A stretch of DNA of 64,000 nucleotides from Octopus sinensis. Lineage: Eukaryota. The position numbers and the translations under genes are program-made. Of this stretch, positions 1 to 11,390 are shown in pieces (within the stretch, counting starts at the first letter, position 1; every line of letters begins with the position of its first letter). The stretch covers positions 143,778,001 to 143,842,000 of the forward strand of contig NC_042999.1 in the NCBI RefSeq assembly GCF_006345805.1, read 5' to 3'. Below the pieces are notes generated by a model. It saw nothing but the letters and a program-made list of their open reading frames with translations. It searched no databases and had not been told where the DNA came from.

Positions 1-381
1 TTACACCTAAATTCTACATATCCAATCATAGTCGCCGGGAGAAAAATGAATAGATCAGCAAAGGTTGGATCTGTATCAACTCCTATCTACGGAGAAGAGT
101 TAGCGAATTGATTAATGTGTGAACTTGTCGTCAGAATAACTCTGAGACAATGCCTGTCGCCTGGCCAGGAGATTAACACTAAAAAAAAAAAAGGAAGCCT
201 ACTCTCTTGCTTGCCGTTCAACCAGCGTAGAGAACAAGCAACTAGACTCTTTAAACAACAATATTGTTTACAATTATAGAAAAATCTGAGAATCGAAATC
301 AATGTTTACAAATGGTGAAACAATTTATAGATATGAGTGTTGTATTAATAACATAAATAATCATCCTGCAAATTAAAAACA

Positions 382-570
<189 letters not shown>

Positions 571-1738
571 GCATACATGTAGCATGATATCATTTTCTAA
601 TAAAGTACTCTTTCGCAATATCTATAATCCAATATATTACTGCTCCAATTTATCTCACTTTTACGAAATCTTTTGCTAACATGCAATACAAGAAAAAACT
701 ATTATCTTTGTATTTGAGAGATAATTATTCCTGTTAGTAATATGATGTTCATTTCAGTTAGTTGATTCACAATTATTTTAACGTTAATTCCAGTTAGTAG
801 AGCTCTTTAAGTAATATTTTTTTAATGAGCAAAAAGATCGGAACAATCTTCTAGATAATTTTGTATTTTCTCATTACTTTGCAGTGATAATATGTTTCAC
901 CGATTTTAATAAACAAGTAATTTCTGTTAAGATCTCTATTTTGCTCTCCGCTGATATCAGCGTCAGACAAGTTAGTTTACTACTGGGAGAGCAAGAGGTG
1001 AAGCATATGTCCAGAGAATATCTAAATATTTATATCATGATCTTATTTTCTCGTGACATTACATTTTAACATTATCGCTCTAAACATGAATTTATTTCAT
1101 ATATATCATAATCCTTGCGAAAAATGTATTTTTGTTATATTTGCAATATTTATATAATCATTATAATGCTCATTTCAGTAAATTGATTTTAAAGTATTTC
1201 GGCTATCACTGCACTTTCTTTTTGTATTTTTCAAACAGAAATACAAAAACCACGAATATATAGTCAGTGTGCAATTTAGTGTATACTTAGTATATATTTA
1301 GTAGATAATGAACTTTATGTATATGACATGATTATATAAAACGGAAAAGAATAAATTTTATGAGCAACATAATACAGTCATCACGAGTATCTAGTGTAAG
1401 TCAAACATTTTTTGTTGGCAAACTTAATTCACGAGTGGGTGCTAATTTATTCGGTATACACGAATGAACTCGAATGTCTCATCTTTCATTTTGCAGAGAA
1501 TTTGATGCTTTCTACTAACAGTCAGATAATCTCAAAACAACTTGGATGCATCCAAGTTTTGAAAATGGTTACCGTTTTCTCAGAATGAGGACATCCTGGT
1601 ATAAGTGTTTTTTTTATATATATACAGATAAGGTATATATATATAATTTTGATTTTGATTTTTGATTTTTCCAGTTTCAGCTTATGAGCTGTGGCCATGC
1701 TGGGGCACCGCCATTTGGTGTTGCTACTTGGTTTCACT

Positions 1739-4733
1739 TCATGAAGGCTTTCTAGCAGCTGCTATTTGGTGCATGAGAGAGTTCGATGCAGCTGCCCTCA
1801 TCTGCCCCTCCTGCCGTGAAGTTGGTTCATCTGGGACACCTGACAGGAAGAGATCCAGCTTCATTTTAAAGACATCTGTATCCACCCCATGCAGGTCTCT
1901 CAGGTTCTTCGGGAGGATATTGAAGAGCTGTGGGCCTCGGAAGCCCAGGCTATCACAGAATCTTGTCCTACATCTTGATGGCAAGTTTGGAGTCCTAGGC
2001 ACCACGCAGTGGCGCCCAGTTCTGGCATTTGCGTAACTCACGATGCCAAAGTTCAGGACACTTCCCTCCAGGATCTTCCAGATGTATATTATGGCATATC
2101 TTTCCCGCCTACGCTCCAGGGAATATAATTTTAATTTCCTGAGTCTTTCCCAGTAGCTTACATTCTGCATAGAGGCTATCTTCTTCGTGTAGCTACGTTG
2201 GATCGCCTCGAGCTCTGTGATCAACTTGACACTGGATGGTGACCATAACTGAGAGCAGTAGTCAAAGTGGCTTAGGACAAGTGTCCTCCAGAGGACCATC
2301 ATGGTTTCTTGTTCTCTTGTTCTAAAGGTTCTGAGGATCCATCCGGCCAGTCGTCTACATTTCATTGCCAATTTAGCAACATGTACACGAAAGGTCGCGT
2401 CATCACTCATGTAAATACCTAGGTCACGTACTGATTGTGCCTCTGGGATTTCTATTCATCCGGGTCCAGTGTATTCATTGGGTATTGCATTTAGTTTTGC
2501 ATGCTGATAGTATAGAGCTTGACACTTTTCAGCATTGAACTGCATGCTATTCTTTTCGGCCCACTTGTATATTTTGTCTAGCTCACATTGCAGGTGTTTA
2601 GTGTCCTCAGGGTCCTGTATTGCCTGTGAAACTTTTGTATCATCTGCATAACTTGTGATCGTGGCTCTCTGCGTGGCTGAGGGCATGTCTGAGAGGGCCA
2701 TTATGAACAGTAGTGGTCCCAGAACAGTGCCCTGCGGAACACCGCTCACTATTTGCGTGTTAATGGAAGTGGCCCCATTGGCCACTACCACCTGACTTCT
2801 ATCTTTCAGAAAGTCATGAAGCCATTCTCCCAGTTTTCCAACTATGTTGAGATCACGCAGTTTGTGACATATCATTCCATGATCGACTTTATCAAAGGCC
2901 TTTGCAAAGTCGAGATATATCACTTCCACATTTGAGTGGTTGAGCAGCCGTTTCAGCACCCAGTCATAGTGTTGTAGGAGCTGTGTTAAACAGCTTCTCC
3001 CTGGTCGGAACCATGTTGGGTGTCGGGCAGCAAGTCATTTTCTTCAAGGAAGGTGATCAGCTTCCTTCTGACTATTCGTTCCATGACCTTGCTGATGTGT
3101 GAGGTCAGAGAGATAGGTCTATAGTTCTTGGCTTCCGCTCTGCTACCTCCTTTATGAATGGGGAATATTTTACCTTCCTTCAGTTTTCTTGAAGTTTGCC
3201 AGCTGCAAGGAAGCTCTGAAAGAGGAACTGCAGTGGTCTTGCTAGGACTCTCTTACATGCTTTTAGGAGGATTGCCGGGAATCCATCGGGGCCAGTAGCT
3301 GAGTCTGTTTTCATTTCATCTATAGCCTTGATTACATCGTCTTCCTTTATATCGATGTAATCTATCGTCGCCGCCTCTGATTTTATATCTGCAGTGGTAA
3401 AAAAGTCAGTTGGATTGGTGATTTGGAGATGCCCAAGGGGTGGAGTGAAAACACTCTTGAATTGCTCATTCAGTATTTCACTTACCCTCATTGGTTTTCC
3501 TGTAAGTGTGCCATCCTTTTCGAGGAGTGGCCCTATTCTACAGTGCACCGTAGCTGTTTCTTTGGCATACCTGTAGAAAGCTCTGGGGTTAGATTTTATG
3601 TTGTCTATAGCCCAGGCTTCTTTGTCTGCTCTTTCCTTTTCATGGGAGAGTTTCAGACATTTTTCGATTTCCAACAGTTTTATTTTTAGGCGGGACTTTT
3701 CACTACTTTCAATCTGTTTGTTTAGGCGATTTGAAAATTTTGTACGCCGTCTCATTAGAATTTTCCTCTCTCTGGGGATTTTGTTCTTGTGTACAGTGGC
3801 CTTTCTCTCTGGGACATATTTGTAGCATATGGCTTGCATTACAGACATGAATTGTTGAAGTTTCACGTCGATGTCTGGCGAGGAGAGACATTTAGGCCAG
3901 TTTTGTTTGAGGATCTCTTTCTCAATTTGTTTCCAGTTTGCCTTATGGTAGTTCAAGCTGGAAAGATTCTGGGGGTTTCTTGTAGGCTGCATGTCCGTGC
4001 TCTCTTTTGGCCCGTACATGGTCAGCTCTATCATGTTGTGATCCGAGAGTAGTGTCGGTGTCACTTTCACATTATGGATGAGATCCATGTCATTTGTGAA
4101 GCAGAGATCCAGTGTGTTACCTGCCCTGGTTGGTTGGAGTATTACCTGCTCCATGTACAGGGTGTTGATGAGGTTCAGGAGGGACCTCGCCTGTCCTCGT
4201 TCACATCTTGTCATTCCTGGGAGAGAAAGGCCCTCGGGCCATCTGACATTTGGCAGATTGAAGTCTCCCATAAGAAGTACACTTATGTGTTGTTCTAATG
4301 TGGTTAGAACTTCTTCTATTTTTATAAGGCAGTCTTCAAACTTGCCCACATGGCTTGGGGCATCTGGAGGGCGATATGTAGCACACACAACTACATCAAG
4401 TTGCCTAATATGTACAATTAGTGTGTCACACACCGAGTTTGAGTATGACAAGAGGACCTGGGGTGTGAGGTCCTCACGGATGTACATAGCAACACCTCCA
4501 TGACTCCTTTCTTTCCTGTCGGTCCGTAGTACAGCATACTGTGGTATGTGTAACTCCGCATCTGCTATATCCGGTTTCAGGTGCGTTTCCGTTAGTGCTA
4601 TGCATAAGGCTTGATTGCATGCAACAAAATCTCTCAGGAACGGGATTTTTGTCCTGTTACTGAGTGTTTGCAGTCCTCTGATGTTCAGTAGGAGCATCGA
4701 GGTGAGGTGTACGTTGTTGCCGGTGGTGTCCAT
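1739..4733 (-). pseudogene. LINE ORF2 (APE endonuclease plus reverse transcriptase), disrupted by one frameshift and one nonsense codon
   Basis: ORF pieces 3180..5048, 2456..2959 and 1739..2410. There is a frameshift near 3195 (GKL then KLKEGKIFPIHKGG in another frame) and an in-frame TGA at 2456-2458 (YTGPG*IEIPEAQSVRDLG). The likely start is MDTTGNN at 4733. Confidence 0.9.
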
Positions 4734-4812
4734 CCTGGGTCTGTTTGCTGTGGTGGTGGTCTGGTATATAGTGGGTAGTCCCACCTGCGGGCTTGGGTTT
4801 AATGAAGCCAGG

Positions 4813-5592
4813 TCAGCTGCTGTACAATCTTTTGTGCCATGCACAAAAATATTGTTGCTCAGCAGCTGCCCTTTCGACAACATCATGTTGGTGGTTTGTG
4901 GCACGCACAACATCTGCGTACCTCCGCTTTGGGGCAAGTGGTGCGTGGTCCATCTCTTTTCCTTGTGTTGATGGTTTGTCCATCTGCCTCGTGTCTCTGT
5001 GGCAGGGTCCCCGATGTGCAAAGCGGCAGCCTGCACCTTCCTTTCCATGCCAGCAGGAACCTCTCAGGTAGAACCTACACACCTGTGTGCGCTGTCCGTT
5101 TCCATCTTTTGCGGTTCCACTTCTATTCCTGGTTTTTTCACCCTTTGGTCCTGCTTGAGCTTTTCCTTTAGCTCTACCAGCCCTTCTTTTAGTTCTTCCT
5201 CCTCCCTCTACCTCTTCACCGGGTTCTCCGTCTCCATGGCCTTTGCTGCCGGTTGGAGAACTTGCACCTGGGTTCACTTCCCGGGCAGGTTTCTCATTCA
5301 AAACCTCCTCCCGGGCATCCACCAGGTGGGGGTGACTTCTTTCATCGTCTCCATTCTTGTCATCTTTGCCTCGCTCGTTCTCAAAGATGGCATCAAGTGC
5401 GCCAATGTGCGACCGTACAAGCGCATATGAGCGCACGAATTCCCGTCTCTTTCGCTCCATCTGAGCCGCTGTCCTCTTGTAGCCTCTGTTCTTCAGCGCA
5501 GCCGCAATCACCTCGCTAGGGCTATCTCCGCCGGCGCACTCCCATGCTTGTACGAATAAATCCAGCTCGTCAGGTCTCCATGCTCTGGACAT
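4813..5592 (-). CDS. LINE ORF1 (259 aa): N-terminal Myb/SANT-like trihelix motif, K/G-rich linker, CCCH zinc finger
   Basis: Open ORF directly upstream of ORF2. It contains WRPDELDLFVQAW...IAAALKNRGYKRTAAQMERKRREF...LDAIF and CRFYLRGSCWHGKEGAGCRFAH (C-x7-C-x8-C-x3-H). Confidence 0.8.
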   Translation of the reverse strand: MSRAWRPDELDLFVQAWECAGGDSPSEVIAAALKNRGYKRTAAQMERKRREFVRSYALVRSHIGALDAIFENERGKDDKNGDDERSHPHLVDAREEVLNEKPAREVNPGASSPTGSKGHGDGEPGEEVEGGGRTKRRAGRAKGKAQAGPKGEKTRNRSGTAKDGNGQRTQVCRFYLRGSCWHGKEGAGCRFAHRGPCHRDTRQMDKPSTQGKEMDHAPLAPKRRYADVVRATNHQHDVVERAAAEQQYFCAWHKRLYSS

Positions 5593-5639
5593 GCTGGATG
5601 ATCTGTCTATTTGTTTATCTATTTAACTATGTTCGAGAG

Positions 5640-6330
5640 AAGACAAGAAGATATTTAATCTTAAGACTAATTATGGGATAGAGTATTATTAATATTAACA
5701 ATATTAAAGTTTGTGGGTAAAAACGTTATTTAATCTTAGGCTAATTAGGAGATAGAGTATCTGAAAATATGTTAACAATATTAAAATTATATTAAAGTGT
5801 GGGTAATAATCGTTATTTAATCTTGGGGCTAATTAGAAGGTAGAGTATTCAAAAATATATTAAAGTGTGGGTGAAAAAGTTAAAGTGTGGGTAAAAACGT
5901 TATTTAATCTTAAGGCTAATTAGAGGATAGAGTATCTGAAAATATGTTAACAATATTACAATTATATTAAAGTGTGGGTAATAATCGTTATTTAATCTTG
6001 AGGCTAATTAGAAGGTAGAGCATCCAAAAATATATTAAAGTGTGGGTGAAAAAGTTAAAGTTAAAGTGTGGGTAAAACGTTATTTAATCTTAAGGCTAAT
6101 TAGAGGATAGAGTATCTGAAAATATATTAACAAATATTTAAAATGTGGGTAAAAAGGCTAATTAGAAAGATATTAGAGTGTGGGTAAAAAATTAGATGTT
6201 AAAGTGTGGGTAATAAACTTGTTTATTCTTAAGGCTAATAAGAAGATAGAGTATCTGAAAAATTATTAACAATAAACAGTATTAAACGTTATTTAATCTT
6301 AAGGCTAATTAGAAGATGGAGTATCTGAAA
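5640..6330. repeat. ~87-bp tandem minisatellite with a 175-bp dimer period, immediately 5' of LINE ORF1
   Basis: GGCTAATTAG...GATAGAGTAT...AAAGTGTGGGTA...GTTATTTAATCTT recurs about eight times. GGGTAATAAT occurs at 5801 and 5976 (period 175). Confidence 0.9.
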
Positions 6331-7197
6331 GAGGTAAGAAAGAGGGGAAAGATTAGTTATCTATATAAAGTTCATGAAAGTTCACGTCCATGCATATATA
6401 CGCATACATATATACATACACGCACACACACATACATACACGTGCACACACATACACATATACACAGACGGGGAGAGAAGGAAGGTGGAAAAAAAAGAAA
6501 GAAAATGAGTGAAAATATATATATATTTTAAAGTGTGAAGAAAGGGTTATTTAATTTTGAAGCCAAATTCTGCCTTCGAGACAGTTATTGAAATGTAAAC
6601 AAAAAAAAAAAAAAAAAAAAAAGCGATCGTAAACTTTAACGGAGATGTGGGCTTAAGTTATATAAAATAGGATAATAAACAAAATATGAAATAGAGGATG
6701 AAAGTGATACTTAATCCAACGATGTGGTCTGGATTTTTCGTGGTTATTTCCAGGAGATGTTTCTTTTTCCTTCTACAGTGGATTTTTTTTCACCATGTGC
6801 GTTTTCGGTGAAAAGAAAAAAATTTTACTGTGTTTGGCTTCAGGCAAAATATATTACGTTTTTGATTAATATATTTGTAGCCGAAGTGTTGTAGTGGGCT
6901 TTATGAGTTGAATTTGTGACTTTCAGTAGATTATTTCACCGATTTATGCACACTTTCTGCCTTTTTAAACAGAGCAAAGACGATACACGACTCTCCCTGT
7001 CGGATGCGAAAATACGTATATATATACATCAACGTACATAAATACATATATACAATCATAAATTAAAGTCTTAAGCAGTTAAAATATCAGAAAGTATGAC
7101 ACAGACAGAACAAAGTACAAGAAACACGTGTTAGTTTAACACTTGAAAAGAGTATTGAAATAAGAATAGAGTATGGAGAGTCCGTCTTCACAAAGAG

Positions 7198-7252
<55 letters not shown>

Positions 7253-7356
7253 AGGGGGTTAGATTGAGTGGGGCAGAGTTAAAAAACGATAAAAACAAAA
7301 GAGAGCTTCTAAAGATTTTAGAAATTATTTAATCATATATGTATATATATATATAA

Positions 7357-7498
7357 ATGATGGGCTTCTTTCGCTTTCTGTCTACCAAATCCACTCACAA
7401 GGCTTTGGTCGGCCCGAAGCTACAGTTGAAGACACGCAGTGGGACTAAACTCGGAACCATGCGGTTGGGAAGCAAACTTCCTACCACACAACCACACC
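7357..7498 (-). mobile_element. tRNA-derived SINE, 5' half (CORE-like family)
   Basis: Reverse complement reads GGTGTGGTTGTGTGGTAGGAAGTTTGCTTCCCAACCGCATGGTTCCGAGTTTAGTCCCACTGCGTG..., which has A/B-box-like motifs. It ends in a TA tract. Confidence 0.8.
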
Positions 7499-7801
7499 GA
7501 CATAAGTAGAATAACTTCAAACTATGCAATAGAAGCAGGTCAATAGTGTAGATATTACCAGCACTACATACTTAAGTACGTGTGTTCTTTCAACGTCAGA
7601 AGCTGTAGTTTTCCGTCCGGGAAAAATCCCATTAAAAACGTACAGTATAGTGTTAAAAAAATACAAAAGGCTTAAGAGCTAAGCTATAATATGTAGTTTA
7701 TAGAGCTGCTTCTATCATATAATCTGAATTTGTTCTACTGATGCAATGCCATTTTAAATCAGCAAATACTTTATACGCTATCTGTATATACTTCCGACCG
7801 C

Positions 7802-8162
7802 GGAGGCGCAATAGCCCAGTGGTTAGGGCAGCGGACTCGCGGTTTCAATTTCCAGACCGGGCGTTGTGAGTGTTTATCGAGTGAAAACACTTAAAGCTCC
7901 ACGTGACTCCGGCAGGGTGTGGTGGGTAACCCTGCTATATTCTTCCACCATAACTTTCTCTCACTCTTTGTTTCTATTGTACCTGTATTTTAAAGGGCCA
8001 GCCGCGTCGCACTCTGTATCACGCTGAATCTCCCCGAGAACTACGTTAAGAGGACATGGAGTGCTGTGGAGTGCTCAGTCACTTGTACGTTAATTTCACG
8101 AGCAGGCTGTTCCGATGATCGCATCAACTGGAACCATCGTCGTTGAAACCGACGGAGTGCCA
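7802..8162 (+). mobile_element. tRNA-derived SINE
   Basis: Head GGAGGCGCAATAGCCCAGTGGTTAGGGCAGCGGAC (A box). The first ~150 bp are homologous to the inverted copy ending at 8847. Confidence 0.85.
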
Positions 8163-8474
8163 CGATACTTCCGATTATCGATTTCGATTTCGTTTTCCCC
8201 TAGATGTCTTTTTCTTTTAATATCATACATCATTTTAACAATGTACGTCTTCTCGTACAAAACAACACATGCAGATTAGGTACGTAATACTGACGATGTT
8301 TACATTATAAAACCAGCCCTATTGCATATGCCTGTGTGTGCGTCTGTGTACGCGTGTGTCTGTGTGTGTGTGTGTATGTGCTGTGCGTCTGTGTACGCGT
8401 GTATCAGTGTGTGTGTGTGCTGTGTGTGTATGCGTGCTGTGTGTGTCTGAGTGTGCATGTGTGTGTATATACAT

Positions 8475-8545
<71 letters not shown>

Positions 8546-8550
<5 letters not shown>

Positions 8551-8847
8551 CGTGACCGACTAGGCTATCAGATGTTGCTACAAATCGCTGGTCACAATGC
8601 GCTTGGCATTGTTTTAGCCTTCAAATGACGCCACCCCGCTGGCTAAGCGAGCAGGCCAACAGAAGAAAGAGTGAGAGAAAGTTGAGGCGAAAGAGTACAG
8701 CAGGGATCGCCACCACCCCGTGCCGCAGCCTCGTGGAGCTTTATGTGTTTTCGCTCAATAAACACTCACAACGCCCGATCTGGGAGTCGAAACCGCGATC
8801 CTACGACCGCGAATCCGCTGCCCTAACCACTGGGTCATTGCGTCTCC
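8546..8847 (-). mobile_element. tRNA-derived SINE with a bipartite RTE-derived 3' part
   Basis: A box TGACCCAGTGG and B box GGTTTCGACTCC. Bases 8610-8657 match RTE 23017-23064 (38/48), and 8546-8603 match the RTE 3' end at about 20094-20152. Confidence 0.88.
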
Positions 8848-8896
8848 ACACACACACACACAACACACACACACCACACACACACACACACGCACA

Positions 8897-8968
<72 letters not shown>

Positions 8969-9328
8969 ATATATATAATATATATATATATATATACATA
9001 CACGTCTGAAACATCTGTAGTGAGTGAACTACTATCCATCTGTTGTTATTTGCTTCTTATACACCTTATTCGGAAGCTTCAATTATCGTTGATTTTCAGT
9101 GTGTTAAGTGCTGTACAATTGGTGCAGTGTTTGTACCTGTGTACAGTCTTGATACTCGTGATATATTCGGTCGGACGCTTGTGCTCGTACATGCAACTGG
9201 AATGTAAACCCATCTTTACTTCGTTAAATAGGTATATGTTTCTTTAATGTTTTTTTGTACATGTTAGCCATCTCATTGACCCAACCTTAGTGCTTTTCTA
9301 TTTAAGGACCTGATTCGCTTGAATCCTG

Positions 9329-9431
<103 letters not shown>

Positions 9432-9778
9432 CATATATATACCGTTCTCGTTCTGTTAGCGTTTTGGCGTTTCAGTCGAGTGTATTGGCATTGATGTGGA
9501 AACATCTGAAATGTTGTCGGGTATATGTTGGCTGATGAAGATAAATCAAGTATATGTGTGCAGACATATCTTGAAAAATCTGAAACCGGTCCCACATTAT
9601 CCCTTTCTAGGTATTTCATCTTTCAGATGTTCTCCCTGGAGGTAAGACAATTTTTTTCTAGTTTGTTGCACACACGCATTTTTGCTAGTACATAGGCGGT
9701 GAAGCTATACATTAGCGTCGTATTATTACGTTCGCTATTTTCCAGTAAATATCGGTACTTCGTTGTGCCATATATTTA

Positions 9779-9848
<70 letters not shown>

Positions 9849-10509
9849 TATATTAAATTAGAGATAAAACCACTATTAGGCAAATCAAACAAAGAAAAAC
9901 ATAAGCCAATACATAAAATTGATTAATTTATATTATTTTAAATATATATCAAAAGTATTAAAAGTTTAATAAAAGCTAAAGAGTAAAACACTACGATCGT
10001 TTCATGGCTGTACAATTCGTAATAATTCGAGTTATGGTTACAGTCAATCTTCAGGTTAATTGAAATATCTAAAATATAATCAGAAATATTTAAACAATAT
10101 TTTAAAGATATAAATAATATAATAATTTTACTTATAATAAACTCTATTATCAAACTAGAAACATAAAACTTAACAATTATGATTATATCAAAATCGACTA
10201 TAATGTTAAATATTAATTTTAATTTATAAGGTAGGAAACCCACCAATAATCTAATATCGGTATTAGTCTATATCTAATTACATAAATATTTAAAAATGAC
10301 TAATATATATAAATTATCAATGAAAATATATAAATGTATATAAATATTATAATTAAGATCTAAAATAATCTCTATAAATAAATATATATGCACATATAAT
10401 AAAAACCTAATAGATTAATTTTTCATATTTAAAGATGAAATAGCTAATTTCAAAATACAAATAAACAAACTTAAACGAACTTTCGGAAATATATATATAT
10501 ATACATATT

Positions 10510-10869
10510 CTTTACTAGTTTCAGCTTGAGAGCTGCTATTATATCGATTTCTTTTGCCGAACCGCAATGATATGGGGGCATAAACTAATGCTGTAAATGG
10601 AAATAATGTAAACTAATGCCAGTTGTTAAGTGAGGAGAGCGTCACACAGACATACACGCATACGTCCACACACAGTTACGTATATACAGACATGTGACGG
10701 GATTCCACATCTTCCGTCGTCCAAATTCTGCCACAAGCCATTGGGCGACTTGGACTTATAGTAGAATACTCTTACTCCCAGTGTCATGCAGTGAAACTAA
10801 ATCCAAAGCCAAATGGTTGCCCGGCGGGCTTCTTAATCACGCAGGGCCATGCTACCCCCTGCACACACA

Positions 10870-10911
<42 letters not shown>

Positions 10912-11070
10912 CGTAAATACACATACTTTTATTTACACATATCGTTTCTTTTAAGACTCGTACTTTCTCTATCTTACTCTGTTTTACTGAACCGCTGATT
11001 TACGAAGACGTAAACACTCCAACACCGGTTGTCAAACAGTGATGATGGTGGGAGACAAACACACACATTG
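10510..11070 (-). mobile_element. Degraded SINE pieces (CORE-like family), interrupted by microsatellites
   Basis: 3' stem-loop GCAGCTCTCAAGCTGAAACTAG at ~10515-10536, head at ~10700-10860, and a middle segment at ~10960-11070 similar to 24440-24520. Confidence 0.6.
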
Positions 11071-11096
11071 ATATATACATATATGTATATATATAG

Positions 11097-11390
11097 CACA
11101 GGAGCTAGCTTAAAAGCCGCCCTGTCGGGCAGCTTTTAGGCTAGCTCCTGTGGAGTCCTCTTCAGTGGGCATTAGGCCCAAGAAGGACATTTCATGCATT
11201 GAGTACATATTAATTTTATTAAACTTGACCAATATTTTTCAAGCAATGAAAAGCCGCCTTATCGGGCGGCTTTTAAGTTAGCTCCTGTGGTGGGATCTTC
11301 ATTTGGCCTTGGGCCTAACAATGACACTTCATGCGTTGAATACATATTAAACTTTATAAAACTTGACCAATATTTCTGAGGCAATGAACA
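11097..11390. repeat. 56-bp palindrome plus two 137-bp tandem units
   Basis: 11097-11152 has 26-bp arms (24/26 complementary). AAAAGCCGCC occurs at 11112 and 11249; AAACTTGACCAATATTT occurs at 11221 and 11358. Confidence 0.9.

Larger units (their letters stand above)
1646..7015 (-). mobile_element. CR1/L2-group LINE, near full length (ORF1 plus APE-RT ORF2, (AATCAA)n-like tail)
   Basis: APE motifs (LLNIRGL, LTETHL, GGVAMY, MGDFNLP, LDLCFTN, SDHNMI) and RT motifs (YLDFAKAFD, GVPQGTVLGPLLF, YADDTK) with a CR1-type C-terminus. The 3' tail is at 1646-1670. The 5' boundary is uncertain: at least 5592, tentatively ~7015 next to a TA tract. Confidence 0.93.

Noticed and set aside
87-302. 71-aa - strand ORF with a T-tract acceptor near 180
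   Set aside because: No recognisable homology; the signal is too weak.
1522-1560. TTWMHP resembling a WW-domain end
   Set aside because: The spacing does not fit and there is no upstream WW half.
1662-5519. + strand ORFs overlapping the CR1-like LINE
   Set aside because: They are antisense shadows of the LINE coding strand with no recognisable domains.
11130-11200. CTGAAGA and GAAA on the - strand suggesting a type II hammerhead
   Set aside because: Stem II cannot pair and U16.1 is missing.
11249-11274. Looks like a bacterial bidirectional rho-independent terminator
   Set aside because: The context is eukaryotic and repeat-rich, with no bacterial genes.
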